A stretch of 64,000 nucleotides of DNA from Chiloscyllium plagiosum (Eukaryota). Within the stretch, counting starts at the first letter, position 1, and each line of letters begins with the position of its first letter. A model generated the notes under the pieces. That model saw only the letters and a list, made by a program, of their open reading frames with translations. It was not told the origin of the DNA and did not search any database. Positions 49,665-63,303 of the stretch are shown here, piece after piece. A program made the position numbers and the translations under genes. The stretch covers positions 12,397,137 to 12,461,136 of the forward strand of contig NC_057755.1 of the NCBI RefSeq assembly GCF_004010195.1, read 5' to 3'.

Positions 49665-52600
49665 GTAGAAGAAGGGTAGCAGAAATAATCCAGGTATTTA
49701 AAGACTGGTGAGCCTAATGTCAGTAGTAGGAAGCTGCTGGAGAAGATACTGAGGGATAGGATCTATTCCCATTTGGAGAAAAATGGGCTTATAAGTGATA
49801 GGCAACATGATTTTGTGCAAGGAAGGTCTTTGAGGAAGTGGCAAAGTTGAATGATGAGGGAAGGGCTGTAGATGTCGTACACATGGACTTCAGTAAGCCA
49901 TTTCATATGGTTCTCCATGGTAGGCTGATGGAGAAAGTGAAGTCGCATGGGGTCCTGGGTGTAATAGCTAGATGGATAGAGAACTGGCTGGGCAACAGGA
50001 GACAGAGAGTAGTAGTGGAAGAGAGTTTCTCAAAATGGAGATCTGTGGTCCGTGGTGTTTCACAGGGATCCATGCTGTTGTTTGTGATATACATAAATGA
50101 TCTGGAGGAAGGTATAGGTGGTCTGATTAGCAAATTTACAGATGACACTAAGATTGGTGGAATAGCAGATAATGAAGGGGACTGTGGGAGAATGCAGCAC
50201 AGTATAGATAGATTGGAGAGTTGGGGGAGAAATGGCAGATGGAGTTCAATCTGGACAAATGTGAGGAGATACATTTTGGAAGATCCAATCCAAGAGCGAA
50301 CTATACGGTAAATGGAAACGCCCTGGGGAAAATTAATGTACAGAGGGATCTGGGTGTTCAGGTCCATTGTATCCTGAAGGTGGCAATGCAAGTCGATAGA
50401 GTTGTCAAGAAGGCATAAGGCATGCTTTCCTTCATCTGACGGGGAATTGAATACAAGAGTTGGTAGGTCATGCTACAGTTGTATAGGACTTTGGTTTGAT
50501 CACATTTGGAATTCTGCGTACAGGTTTAGTCACTACATTACCAAAAGGATATAGATGCTTTGGAGAGGGTGCAGAGGAGGTTCATCAGGATGTTGCCTAG
50601 CTATGAAGAGAAGTTGAGTAGATTAGGATTATTTTTCTTAAAAAGATGGAGGTTGAGGGTGGACCCTGAGGATCTACAAAATCATGAGAGGTATAGATAA
50701 GGTAGATAGCAAGAAGCTTTTTCCAAGAATGGGGGACTCAATTACTCAGGGTCACCAGTTCAAGGTGAGAGGGGAAAAGTTTAAGAGAAATTAGATTCCC
50801 TACAGTGTGGAAACAGGCCCTTCAGCCCAACAAGCCCACACAGACCCTCCAAAGAGTAAGCCACCCAGACCCATTTCCCTCTGACTGATGCACCTAACAC
50901 TATGGGCAATTTAGCATGGCCAATTCACCTGACCTGCAAATCTTTGGACTGTGGGAGGAAACCAGAGCACCCAGAGGAAACCCACGCAGACACAGGAGAA
51001 TGTGTAAACTCCACACAGGCAGTCAACCGAGGTTGGAATCGAACCTGGGACCCTGGTGCTATGAGGCACTGAGCCACCGTGCCGCCGTGGAAAGTTCTTT
51101 ATGCAGCGGTGGTGGTTACCTAGAAAGCATTGCCAGCAGAGGTGGTAGAGGCGCACACGATAACGTCATTTAAGATGTATATAGACAGATACGAGAAGGG
51201 ACAGGGAGCAGAGGGGTACAGATCCTTAGAAAATGAGTGAAGGTTTAGATAGAGGCTTGGAGGGCTGACAGGCCTGTTCCTGTGCTATAATTTTCTCTGT
51301 TCTTCATTGTTCTTTGTTCTAACTTGAACAAAAAGTGTGATATTCTTGATAGTGTAGATGAGCAGAGAGATCTCGGTGTTCAGGTACACAGATCCTTGAA
51401 AGTTGCCACCCAAGTTGACAGGGTTGTTAAGAAGGCATACAGTGTTTTAGCTTTTATTAATAGAGGGATTGAGTTCCAGAACCATGAGGTTATGCTACAG
51501 CTGTACAAAGCTCTGGTGCGGTCGCACTTGGAGTATTGTGTACAGTTCTGGTCACCACATTGTAAGAAGGATGCGAAAGCTTTGGAAAGAGTGCAGAGGA
51601 GATTTACTAGGATGTTGCCTGGCATGGAGGGAAGGTCTTATGAGGAAAGGCTGAGGAACTTGAGGCTGTTCTCGTTAGAGAGAAGAAGGTTGAGAGGTAG
51701 AGAGACTTATAAGATAATCAGATATATAAGATAATAGAGACATATAAGATAATCAGAGGGTTAGATAGGGTGGAAAGGGAGAGCCTTTTTCCAAGAATGG
51801 TGACAGCGAGCATGAGGGGGCATAGCTTTAAATTGAGGGGTGATAGACATACGACAGATGTCAGATGTAGTTTCTTTACTCAGAGAGTAGTAAGGGTATG
51901 GAATGCTTTGCCTGCAACGGTAGTAGATTCGCCAACTTTAAGTCGTCATTGGACAAGCATATGGACATACATGGAATAGTGTAGGTTAGATGGGCGTCAG
52001 ATTGGTATGACAGGTCGGCGCAACATCGAGGGCCGAAGGGCCTGTACTGCACTGTAATGTTCTATGTTCTATACAGAAATGGCGGAATGTATAATAGGGA
52101 CAAAGAAATGGCTGAGCAACTGAATGCATATTTTGGCTCTGTCTTCATAAAAGATGACACAAATCAGATACCAGAAATGTTGGAGAATGCAAGATTTAGT
52201 GAGGGGGAAGGCCTGAGGTAAATTAATATTAGTAGGGAAAAGTTGCTAGGACAATTGAGGGGATTGAAGGTAGATAAATCCCCAGGGACTGATAATCTAC
52301 ATTCCAGAGTACTTAAGGAAGTGGCTCTAGAAATAGAGGATGCATTGCTGGTCATATTCCAGGATTCGATAGATAATGGAAGAGTCCCTGCAGATTGGAG
52401 AGTAGCTAATGTTACTCCAATATTCAACAGGGAAGTTGAGAGAAACCAGTGAATCATAGACCAGTAAGCCTAACATCGGCAATGGTACAATTCTCAAATC
52501 CATTATCAAGGACTTTATAGTGGAGCATTTAGAAAAGGGTGGCAACATCAGACAGAGTCAGCATGGATTTATGAAGGGGAAATCATGCTTGACAAACCTG

Positions 52601-54890
52601 TTGGAATTCTATGAAAATGTAACTAGTAGAGTTGACAAGAGGGAGCCAGAGGGTGTGGTATATTTGGACTTTTAGAAAGCATTTGACAAAGTCCTGCATA
52701 AGATATTGTTGTGCAAGATTGGGGGAAGTGTATTGAGATGGATAGAAAACTGGTTGGCAAAGAGGAAATAAAGATTAGGAATTAATGGGTCTTTTTCAAA
52801 TTGGCAGGCAAGCTATCCACAATATATATTAATGATTTAGATGAGGGGACAAAATGTAACATCTCAAAGTTTACAGATGATACCAAGTCGGGTGGGAGGG
52901 TGAACTGCGATGAGTATGCAGAGATCGTCCAGCATGAACTGGACAGGTTGGGCGAGTGGGCTAATCAATGGCAGATGCAGGATAATTTGGATAAATTAGA
53001 GGTTATTCACTTTGAAAACAAAAACAAGGCAGATTATTACCTGAATGGCTGTAAGTTGGGAGAGGGCACCTGGGTGTCTTTATGCACCAGTCGCTTGAAG
53101 GCAGGTGCAACAGGTGGTAAAGAAGGCAAATGGTAGGCTGGCCTTCATTGCAAGACGTTTCGAGTACAGGAGCAGGGATGGGTTATTGCAGTTATACAGG
53201 GCCTTGGTGAGGCCACACCTACAATATTGTGTGCAGTTTTGGTCTCCTCTTCTAAGAAAGGATGCTCTTGCTCTTGAGGGAGTGCAGCTAGAGTTTACCA
53301 GGCTGATTCCAGCAATGGTGGGACTGACATACGAGGAGAGATTGACTAGGTTAGGATTGTTTTCACTGGAGTTCAGACGAATGACGGGGATCTCATAGGG
53401 ACTTATAAAATTGTAACGGGACTAGACAGGGAGGATGTTCCCAATGTTCCCGACGGTGGGTGCATCCAGGGGTCACAGTCTGAGGATTGCGATTGGACCA
53501 TTTAGGATAGAGATGAGGAGACATTTCTTCACCCAAAGGACAGTGAGCCTGTGGAATTCATTGCCAGAGGAATTAGTTGATGCCAAAACATGTATTCAAG
53601 GGGCAGCTAGATACAGCACTTAGGGTGAATGGGACCAAACGTTATGAAGAGAAAGCAGGATTAGGCTATTGAGTTGGACGATTAACCATGATCGCAATGA
53701 ATGGTGGAGCAGGTTCGAATGGCCGAATGGACCCCCTCCTGTTCCTATCTTCTATGTTTCTATGTATGGAAAGCTTTATGAAAGGGAAATAAAGTTTAAC
53801 ACACCGACTGGAGTCTTTTGAGGATGTAACTAGCATAATAGAAAAAAAAGAGAAACAGTGGATGTATTTGAATTTTCAGAAAGCTTTTGATAAAATCTTC
53901 GACAAGAGCTACATACACATGGAATTGGGAATAATGTACTGGAATGGATTGAGAATTGATTAGTAGACAGTGGTGATTAGTGTGTACTGCAGGGTTCAGT
54001 GCCTGGACTCCAGCTATTCACAATATATATATGAGTGTTTTGGATGAAAGAACCAAATGTAATATTTCCAAGTTTGCTGACGATGCAAAAGTAAGAGAAA
54101 CTGTGACTAATAAGGAGTAAGTAAAGAGGCTTCCAGGTCATTTGGACAAGTTGTGAGTGCACAAATGCATGACAGATATAGTATAACATGGATCAATGTG
54201 AAGTTATCCAATTCAGTAGGTAACACAGAATAGCAGCATATTATTTAAACAGTGATAGATTGAAAAATGCACTGAAAGCAAACAAGCAAGTATATTAGCA
54301 AGACAAATGATATGTTGGCATTTAATCTTTCCTTTATTGATTTGAACACAGGAGCAAGGAAGTTAGCTTTGCTACACAGGACCTTAGTGAGATCACACCT
54401 GGATTACTATGTGCAGTTTTGGTCTCCACATCTAACAAAAGGTACACCAGGCCTGTACTTACTGGAATCTCAAAGAATGACAGGGGACCTCATTGAATTG
54501 TATAAAACTTTGACAGGGCTGGACAGACTGGATATAGGGATGATGTTCCACCTGTCTTGGGGGCAGGGATTGGTGGTAGTGATGAAGGTTTAGATCAAGA
54601 GGCTATGGTCTCAGGAAATGCATCAAACCATTTCAGTTTGAGATGAGGAGACGTTTCTTTTTAGAGGGTGGTGAACCTGTGACATCCTCTACTATATAAG
54701 GCTGTGGATGCTTAAAGAAAATATGAACAAATTTCTAGACACCAAATGCATCAATGGATATCAGGAAAGAGTGGGAGTATGGTACTGAGATACAGGATTA
54801 ATCCTGATCATAATGAATGGCGCAGCAGGCAGAATGGGCTGAATGGCCTATTCTTATTCCTTTTTTCTGTCTTCCACATTTCCATGTTTT
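49665..54890 (+). mobile_element. Stack of four same-strand CR1 3' parts (about 49665-51320, 51325-52072, 52075-53766, 53770-54890)
   Basis: Repeated RT and C-terminal motifs and separate TTC/TATG-type tails. Confidence 0.85.
50791..51087 (-). mobile_element. HE1 SINE nested in CR1
   Basis: Reverse-complement HE1 consensus. Confidence 0.88.
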
Positions 54891-55268
54891 AAACCTCAGC
54901 TTATCCAGCTACTTACAAATATTTGTTACATATCCCTAGATCTCTCCTGCGCTACCCTTTATTCGCACAATGAGTGGCTTAGGTCTTGAATCCACTATCT
55001 GAAAGAATAGTAGAGGTAGGTTCAATTAAGGCATTCAAGAGAACATCAAGTGATTGTTTAAATAGAAGAAACTGTAAAGGGTATTGGGATATGGTAGTAA
55101 TTTCTAATTTTCACTGGATAGCCACGTAGGCATTTGAAATGGCTTTTTTCCGTGATATAATGCTTCCATCTCTCCTTAATCTTCCTTTCAAAATCAATCA
55201 CTTCACTACTTCTGTGTTAGTTTTTTTTTCTATCATATTCTCTGTTCACTACATGGATGACTTTTATG

Positions 55269-55477
55269 ATTTGGAGATGCCGGTGTTGGACTGGGGTGTA
55301 CAAAGTTAAAAATCACACAACACCAAGTTATAGTTCAATATAGGTTTAATTCGGAGCACTGCTCCTTCATCAGGTGGTTGATAAAGGAGGACCTGATGAA
55401 GGAGCGGCGCTCCGAAAGCTAGTGCTTCCAATTAAACCTGTTGGACTATAACCTGGTGTTGTGTGATTTTTAACTTT
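55269..55477. mobile_element. Penelope-derived hairpin mini-element with a well-preserved hammerhead-like core
   Basis: Inverted arms; CTGATGA-A-GGAGC-GGC-GCTCC-GAAA-GC-TA at 55393..55421; TSD GATGA(C/A)TTTTATG at 55256..55268 and 55478..55490. Confidence 0.82.
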
Positions 55478-56014
55478 GATGAATTTTATGTCATTTACAC
55501 CTATTGATACATATTAAAGGAGAAGAGATCCAACGCTAATCATTGGAGAAGCACCTATCTATGACACATTTCAATCTGAGAAACAACCATCAATTACTGC
55601 ACTCTGCTTTTTGCCCTTTCATACCCACACTGCCGTTGCCCCATTAATTTCAAGGAATTAACTCTGAACAAACTTTGAGGATACAAGGCGAAGTGAGAGA
55701 GAGAGAGTGCAGGACCTGGATCAGAACAGGACAAAGAGCAAGGACACCAGAAGGAGAGTCACCGTGGCCATCAGAGAGCCTGCAGATCGTGAGGTTGAAA
55801 CTGATTAAAAGTTGGCATCAGCAAAAGGAGAGGAATTGATTGTCCATCAGCCTAATGCTGTGGGAGCAATGAGTCTTTGCTAATATCATGGGAGCTGATT
55901 GATGGTTAATACCTCTTGCTTTGATACCAGCCAACATGACTGAAGGCTCCTAGGATATGAGCTGTGTTGTGGATTAGGAGCAACAACATGTGTGTTTTTT
56001 TAAATATAAAATTC

Positions 56015-56270
56015 TGAAGATGTAGGCATTGTTGGCTAGCCCAATATTTATTGCCCATTTCTGTGGGTCTGCAGCCACGCATAGATTAAGCAAGGAGAGA
56101 GTTCCATCCTTAAATGATGTCAGTGATGGATTTTTGCAACAATCAACAGGGATCACCATTAAGTTATTAAATTCAAATGTCATCATTCGCCATGGTGGGA
56201 TTTGAACGCATTTCCCCAGAGTATTGGCTGAGGGTTCTGGATTGTTGGTCCAATGACATTGCCACAACAA
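56015..56270 (-). mobile_element. Deu-domain SINE (SacSINE1-like), old
   Basis: Reverse complement has a tRNA-like head (GTTCAAATCCCACC), a shortened Deu-like body and a GGGCAATAAAT..GGCTAGCCA tail. Confidence 0.65.
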
Positions 56271-57269
56271 CACTTCCTACCCACAGAATATATGAGAGTG
56301 TTATGTGTGTGTCACTCCCAGCTCATGCAGTGGTACCTGGTCTCCAATCGTCTGAGCATTGGACAAAGATCCTGCTGTGCAAGGACCGTGTGATAGTTGA
56401 TGTGTAACGGCCTTCACTGCAGGAAGGGAAAGTGGATTTTGGATGCTTTTGGCCAAACCCCTTTTCAGCCTGCAGGAATTAGTTCCTGTTCTGCTTCAGC
56501 AGAAGAAGCTGTTTATTAGTGGTACCACCTTTCCAAGGGAAAAATTGGCATGGGGCAGATAAAGTCAAGGATGCAAATGCATGACTTGGTGTTGGAGAAA
56601 TGTTTATGGTGCACTGGCACCTGGATTGGAATAGGTATGAGCTGTTATGGTAGGATGAACATCATTTGAACTATATTGGGAGCAGTGTCCTGACAAATCA
56701 AATACTGGAGCTACAGAGAGGCCTTTAAGATTCCATAAATTAAATAAAGTGAGGCATCTATTTAAGTAATGGTACTCTGGGACAGGAAGGGACAGCGTGT
56801 GCAAACATTAAAAGAAGTCAAATAGGGTTAAAGAGAAAAAAAAGTGGCAAAAAGGTAAATTTGATGGCTTTTTACTTAAATGTCCATCATAGATGTAACA
56901 AAATAAATTAATCAGCTACACAGAAGTGGTATGATGGTGGTATGATTTTATGGCCATTATAATGGTATGATTACAAGGAGATAAAAACTGGAAACTAAAT
57001 GTTCATGAGTGTGCGACATTTCCAAATGACAGACAGGAATCAAACGTTGGGGTGACTTTGTTAGTATAAGATGGAGTAAGTACAATAGTAAAAACTGAGC
57101 TTGGATCAGAAGAAGTAAAATCCATGTGGATAGAGGTAAAAAAAGAAATCACATGGGGAATCACTGGTGGAGTAGTTATAAACCTCTTGACAGGAGCTAT
57201 ACTGTAGGACAGAGAAAAGCAATCTGGAGATAATTAATGGATGCAAAACAGTCAGTACATTAATTATGA

Positions 57270-58135
57270 CCAAAAACAGAAATTGTTGGAAAAACTCGTG
57301 GGCGGCACGGTGGCACAGTGGTTAGCACTGCTGCCTCACAGCGCAGAGACCCGGGTTCAATTCCCGCCTCAGGCGACTGACTGTGTGGAGTTTACACATT
57401 CTCCCCGTGTCTGCGTGGGTTTCCTCCGGGTGCTCCGGTTTCCTCCCACAGTCCAAAGATGTGCAGGTCAGGTGAATTGGCCATGTTAAATTGTCCGTAG
57501 TATTAGGTAAGGGGTAAATGTAGGGGTATGGGTGGGTTGCGCTTCAGTGGGTCGGTGTGGACTTGTTGGGCCGAAGGGCCTGTTTCCACACTGTAATGTA
57601 ATCTAATCTAAACTCAGCAGATCTGGCAGCATTTGTGTGGAGAATTCAGAGTTAACATTTCAGGTCAAGTGACCCATCCTCAGAAATGATGGCAGCTGGG
57701 AATAGAGCCCAAAGGTAGAAAGAAGAGCAGTTTAACAGACAAAGAGTGGATAGGATCTGGCGAGGAGGGTGACTAGCTATTATTGGGGACTGTTCATGGC
57801 TAACAAGGCCTGGTGTGTGGGAGTTCGAGCAATGACATGGGAGAGCTCAAGCCCTAAAATTATTGAACTCAATGTTGAGTCCAGAAGGCTGCAGGTCTCC
57901 AAGTGAAAAATGAGGTGCTGTTCTTCCAGGTGGCACTGAGCTTCACTGGAGCACTGAGGCAAGCCTGAGACAGAGATGTTGGCCAGGAAGCAGGGTGGTG
58001 TGAAGTGGCAGACAACTGAGAGCTTAGAGTTTTTTTTGTGGACATAACATAGGCGTTCTATGAAGCAGTCACCCAGTCTATATTTCAATTCTCTAATGTT
58101 AAGGAGACAACATTGTGACCAGTGAATGCAGTAAA
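57270..58135 (-). mobile_element. Penelope-like remnant (GIY-YIG C-terminal part and pLTR), with nested HE1
   Basis: SVSGLPQCSSEAQCHLEEQHLIFHL. Confidence 0.65.
57298..57609 (+). mobile_element. Young HE1 SINE, TSD AAACTC
   Basis: Full consensus; AAACTC at 57292..57297 and 57610..57615. Confidence 0.92.
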
Positions 58136-58389
58136 CATTAATTGTGAGTGCTTTTCAATTTTCTATAGATTGGGTGATATTTTATTGACAGGGAAGAATA
58201 TGTGGGTGTGTAGGTAGCCACAGGGAAGATTATGTGGGTGTGTTGGCACAAATTCCTAGAGCAACATGTGTGGATCCAACCAAGGGTCTGGTATTTTTGG
58301 ACCTGGTAACATGCAATGAGACAGGTTTAATAAATGGTCTCAGACTGAAATATCCTATTGGAAACAGTGAATATAACATCTAGCATTCA

Positions 58390-59522
58390 GTTGAATAAGA
58401 GAATGGTCAAAGAAAGAGTAGGGCCGATCAGGTATAGCATAAGGAACTTGTGTGTGGAGTCTGAGGAGATAGGGGAAGCCCTAAATGAGTTTTTTGCTTC
58501 TGTCTTTACGAAACAAACAAACTTTGTAGTGAATGAAAACTTTGAAGAGCAGGTGTGAATGCTGGAATGGATAGAGATAGAGGAAGCTGATGTGCTGAAC
58601 ATGATGTGCTGGCCAGGCCCAGACCAGATTTGTCCTCGGCTGCTTTGGGAAACGAGAAATGCAATTGCTTCGCCACTTGTGAAGATTTTTGCATCCTTGC
58701 TCTCCACTGGAGTCATACCTGAGGACTGGAGCGAGGCAAATGTAATTCCTCTCTTCAAGAAAGGAAATAGGAAAATCCCCGGAAATTACAGACCAATAAG
58801 TCTCATGTCTGTCGTCTGCAAGATGTTAGAAAGGATTCTGAGGGATAGGATTTATGACCATCTGGAAGAGCATGGCTTGATTAAATGCAGTCAACACGGC
58901 TTTACGAGGGGCAGGTCATGCCTCACAAACCTTATCGAGTTCTTTGAGGATATGTCTAGAAAAGTTGATGAGGGTCGAGCTGTGGATGTGGTGTATATGG
59001 GGACTTCAGCAAAGCATTTGATAAGGTTCCCCATGGTAGGCTCATTCAGAAGGTCAGGAGGAATGGGATACAGGGGAACTTAGTTGTCTGGATACAGAAT
59101 TGGCTGGCTAACAGAAGACAGCGAGTGGTAGTAGAAGGAAAATATTCTGCCTGGAAGCCAGTGGTGAGAGGTGTCCCACAGGGCTCTGTCCCTGGGCCTC
59201 TACTGTTTGTAATTTTTATTAATGACTTGGATGAGGGGATTGAAGGATGAGTCAGCAAGTTTGCAGATGACACAAAGGTTGGAGTGTCGTTGACAGTATA
59301 GAGGGCTGTTGTAGGCTGCAGCGGGACATTGACAGGATGCAGAGATGGGCTGAGAGGTGGCAGAAGCAGTTGTGGAAGCAAGGTCATTGGGGACATTTAA
59401 GAGACTACTGGATATGCATATGGTCACAGAAATTTGAGGGTGCGTACATGAGGATCAATGGTCGGCACAACATTGTGGGCTGAAGGGCCTGTTCTGTGCT
59501 GTACTGTTCTATGTTCTATGTT
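58390..59522 (+). mobile_element. CR1 (RT region) with an internal deletion joining it to the 3' tip at about 59365
   Basis: NYRPISLMSV, QHGFTRGRSCLTNL, GVPQGS, FADD; (TTCTATG)n tail. Confidence 0.88.
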
Positions 59523-59869
59523 TGTGAGAAACCTGAGTCAGAAATAACTGTGATAAACTTAAAGAATTACAATGGAATGAGAGAAGAGTTGGCTGAAGTG
59601 AACTGGGAAAGGAAATTGGCGGAAAAACCAATTGATGAACAGCGGCAGATGCTTAGGACAATTGTTGTGACTCAAAACAAAGATTTATCCCAGGGCGAGA
59701 AGGATCCTAGGATGGGGAGAAAAACCAACCATTGCAACATAGCAGAGAACAGAACTAATCCAGAGTCATAGCCACAGGGAAGAATACATGGGTGTGTTGG
59801 GAATGTTTTAAAAATCTAAATGAAAGAAAAAGAGTGTGTGGTGATCATAAACCATGAGGGTCATCATGG

Positions 59870-60090
59870 AGTCACAGGTCATAGAGATATACAGCATGGA
59901 AACAGACCCTTCAGTCCAACTCGTCCATCCTGACCAGATATCCCAACCTAATCTAGCCCCATTTTCCAGCAGTTGGCCCGTATCCCAATAAATCCTTCCC
60001 ATTCACATACCCATCCAGATGCATTTTAAATGTTGTAATTGTACCAGCCTCCACCATTTCCTCTGGTAGCTCATTCCATACACACACCAC
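59870..60090 (-). mobile_element. CR1 3' tip
   Basis: Matches 25620..25840. Confidence 0.85.
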
Positions 60091-60095
60091 AAACA

Positions 60096-63000
60096 GGGAG
60101 GCGATGGCCTAGTAGTATTTTTGCTCGACTATTAATCCAGAAATCCAGAATTATGTTCTGAGGACTTGGGTTCAAATCCTGCCACAGCAGATGGTGGAAT
60201 TTGAATTCAATAAAAAAAATCTGGAATTAAGAGTCGACTGATGATCATGAAATCATTGTCAATTGTCAGAAAACCCATCTGGTTCACTAATGTCCTTTAG
60301 TGGAGGAAATCTGCCATCCTTACCTGGTCTGGCCTACATGCAACTCCAGAGCCACAGCAATGTGGTTGACTCCTAACTACCCTCTGAAATGGCCTAGTAA
60401 GGCACTCAGTTGTATCAATCGATAGAAAGTCACAACAAAACAATGAAACCGGACAGACCACCTGGCATCAGCCTTGGAACTCGAAAAGACAACGGCAAAA
60501 ACACAAACAGCCCTGTTGCCCATGTAAAGTCCTCCTTACCAACATCGGGAGGCTAGTGCCAAAATTGGGAGAGCTGTCTCACAGACTAGTCAAGGAACAG
60601 CCTGCCATAGTCATTCTTACGGAATCGTACCTTACAGATAACACCCCAGACACCACCATTACCATCCCTGGATATGTCTTATCCTACCGACAGGACAGAC
60701 CCAGCAGAGGTGGTGGCACAGTGGTATGTAGTCGGGAGGGAGTTGCCCTGGGAGTCCTTGACATTGACTCTGGATCCTATGAAGTCTCATGGCTTCAAGT
60801 TAAAAGTGGACAAGAAAACCTTACTGGTTACCACGTACTGTCCTCCTTTGGCAGATGAATCAGTCCTCCTCCGTGTTGAACAATTCTTGGAGGAAGGACT
60901 GAGGGTGGCAAGGGTGCAAAATGTCCTCTGGATGGGGATTTCAATGTCCCACCACCAAGAGGGGCTCGGCAGCAGGTCGATTCCTATAGGTTATAATTGC
61001 TAGATTGGGTCTGCAGCAGGTGGTGAAGGATCCAACAAGAGGATAAAAACATACTTGACCTCATCCTTACTAATCTGCCAGCTGCAGAAGCATCTGTCCA
61101 TACAGTATAGGTAAAAGCGACCACTGCACTGTCCTTGTGGAGATGAAGTCCTGTCTTCACATTGAGAATAATCTCCATCGTGTTGTGTGGCACTATCACG
61201 GTGGTAAATGGGACAGACTTCAAACCGATCTAGCAGCTCAGGACTGGGTATCCATGAGGCACCGTGGGCCATCAACAGCAGCAGAACTGTACTCCAGCAC
61301 AATCTACAGCCTCATGGCCTGGCATATCCCCCACTCAACCATTACCATTAAGCCAGGGGATTAACCAGGAGCAACATCAGGCATACCTAAAAATGAGGTG
61401 TCAACCTGGTGAAGCTACCAAACAGGACTACTTGTGTAGTAAGCAGCATACACAGCAAGTGATAAACAAAGCTAAGCGATTCCACAATCAATGGATCAGA
61501 TCTAAGCTCTACAGTCCTTCCACATCCAGTTGTGAGTGTTGGTGGACAATTGGTGGCACGGTGGCTCAGTGGTTAGCACTGCTGCCTCACAGCACCAGAG
61601 ATGCGGGTTCAATTCCTGCCTCAGGTGACTGACTGTGTGGAGTTTGCATGTTCTCCCCGTGTCTGCGTGGGTTTCCTCCGGGTGCTCCGGTTTCCTCCCA
61701 CAGTCCAAAGATGTGCAGGTCAGGTGAATTGGCCATGCTAAATTGCCCGTAGTGTTAGGTAAGGTGTAAATGTAGGGGCATGGGTGGGTTGCGCTTTGGC
61801 GGGGCGGTATGGACTTGTTGGGCTGGAAGGGCCTGTTTCCACACTGTAATGTAATCTAATCTAATCTAAACAACTCACTGGAGGAGGAGGCTCCACAAAT
61901 ATTCCCCTCCTCAATGACGGAGGAGCCATCAGTGCAAAAGATAAGGCTGATGAATTTGCAACAACCTTCAGTCAGAAGTACTGAGTGGATGATCCATCTC
62001 GGGCTCCTCCAGTGGTCCCCAGTTTCACAGATACCAGTCTCCATCCAATTCAATTCACTCCACATGATATCAAGAAGCGACTGTGGGCACTGGATACTGC
62101 AAAGGCAATAGGCCCGAAGACGTGTGTGCCAGAACGTGCCCCTCCCTTAGCCAAGCTCTTCCAGTACAGTTACAGCACTGGCATCTACCCAACAATGTGG
62201 AAAACTACCCAGGCATGTCCTGTACACAAAAAGCAGGACCAATCCAACCGAGCCAATTACCGCCCAATCAGTCTACTCTTTACCATCAGTAAAGTAATAT
62301 AAGGGGTCATCAACAATGATATCAAACAGCACCTGCTCAGCAATAACCTGCTCAGTGATGCCCAGTTTGGGTTTCACCAAGATCACTCAGCTCCTGATCT
62401 CATTACAGCCTTGGTTCAAACATGGACAAAACAGCTGAATTCCAGAGGGGAGGTGAGAGTGACAGCCCTTGACATCAAGGCCATAATCAACTGAGTATGG
62501 CATCAGGGAGCCCTGGCAAAACTGGAATTAGTGGCTATCACGAGGCAAATACTTCACTGGTTAGAATTATACCTGGAACAAAGGAAGGTGGTTGTGGTTG
62601 TGGAGGGTCAGTCATCTCAGCTCCAGGACACCTCTGCAGGAGTCCCTCAGGGTAGAGTCCTAGACCCAACAATCTTCAGCTGCTTCATCAACGACCTTCT
62701 CTCTGTCATAAGGCCAGAGGTCAGAATGTTCGCTGATGATTGCACCATTCGTGGTTTAGCACCATTTGTGGTTCTTCAGATACTGAAGCAGTCCGTGCTC
62801 AAATGTAACAAGATCTGGACAATATCCAGGCTTGGGCCACAAGTGGCAAGTAACATTCGTGCCACACAAATACCAGACAATGAAAAGCACTCTAGCCACT
62901 GTCCCTTGACATTCAACTGTATTACCATCACTGAATCCCCCACTGTCAACATCCTTGGGGTTACCATTGACCAGAAACTCAACTGGACTCACCACATAAA

Positions 63001-63303
63001 CACAGTGACTACAAGAGCAAGTCAGAGACTAGGGATACTGTGGCGAGTAACTCACCTCCTGACACCCCAAAGTCTATCCACCATCTACAAAGCACAAGTC
63101 AAGAATGTGATGGAAACTCCCTACTTGCCTGGATGGGTGCAGCTCCAACAACACTCAAGAAACTTGAAACCATCCAGAACAAAGCAACCTCCTTGACTGG
63201 CACCATATCTACAAATATTCAATTCCTCCACCACCGGCGCTCAGTAGCAGCAGTAGATGCACTGCAGAAATTTACCAACGATCCTTAGACAGCACCTTCC
63301 AAA
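60096..63303 (+). mobile_element. Single-ORF LINE (APE endonuclease + RT, CR1/L2-group-like) with a tRNA-derived and Deu-like 5' UTR; decayed and 3'-interrupted
   Basis: A-box TGGCCTAGTAG 60105, B-box GGTTCAAATCC 60169; ORF from about 60443: LTNI..IVILTESYL, RGGG, GDFN, LDLILTN, SDH, NYRPISLL, QFGF, GVPQG, FADD. Confidence 0.85.
61553..61868 (+). mobile_element. Young HE1 SINE nested in the LINE
   Basis: Full consensus with (TAATC)n tail; splits the LINE sequence WWTI|KQLTG. Confidence 0.92.

Noticed and set aside
56350..56407. HWTKILL as hexokinase exon 13
   Set aside because: Lacks WTKGFKA context and a suitable acceptor, and stops shortly after.
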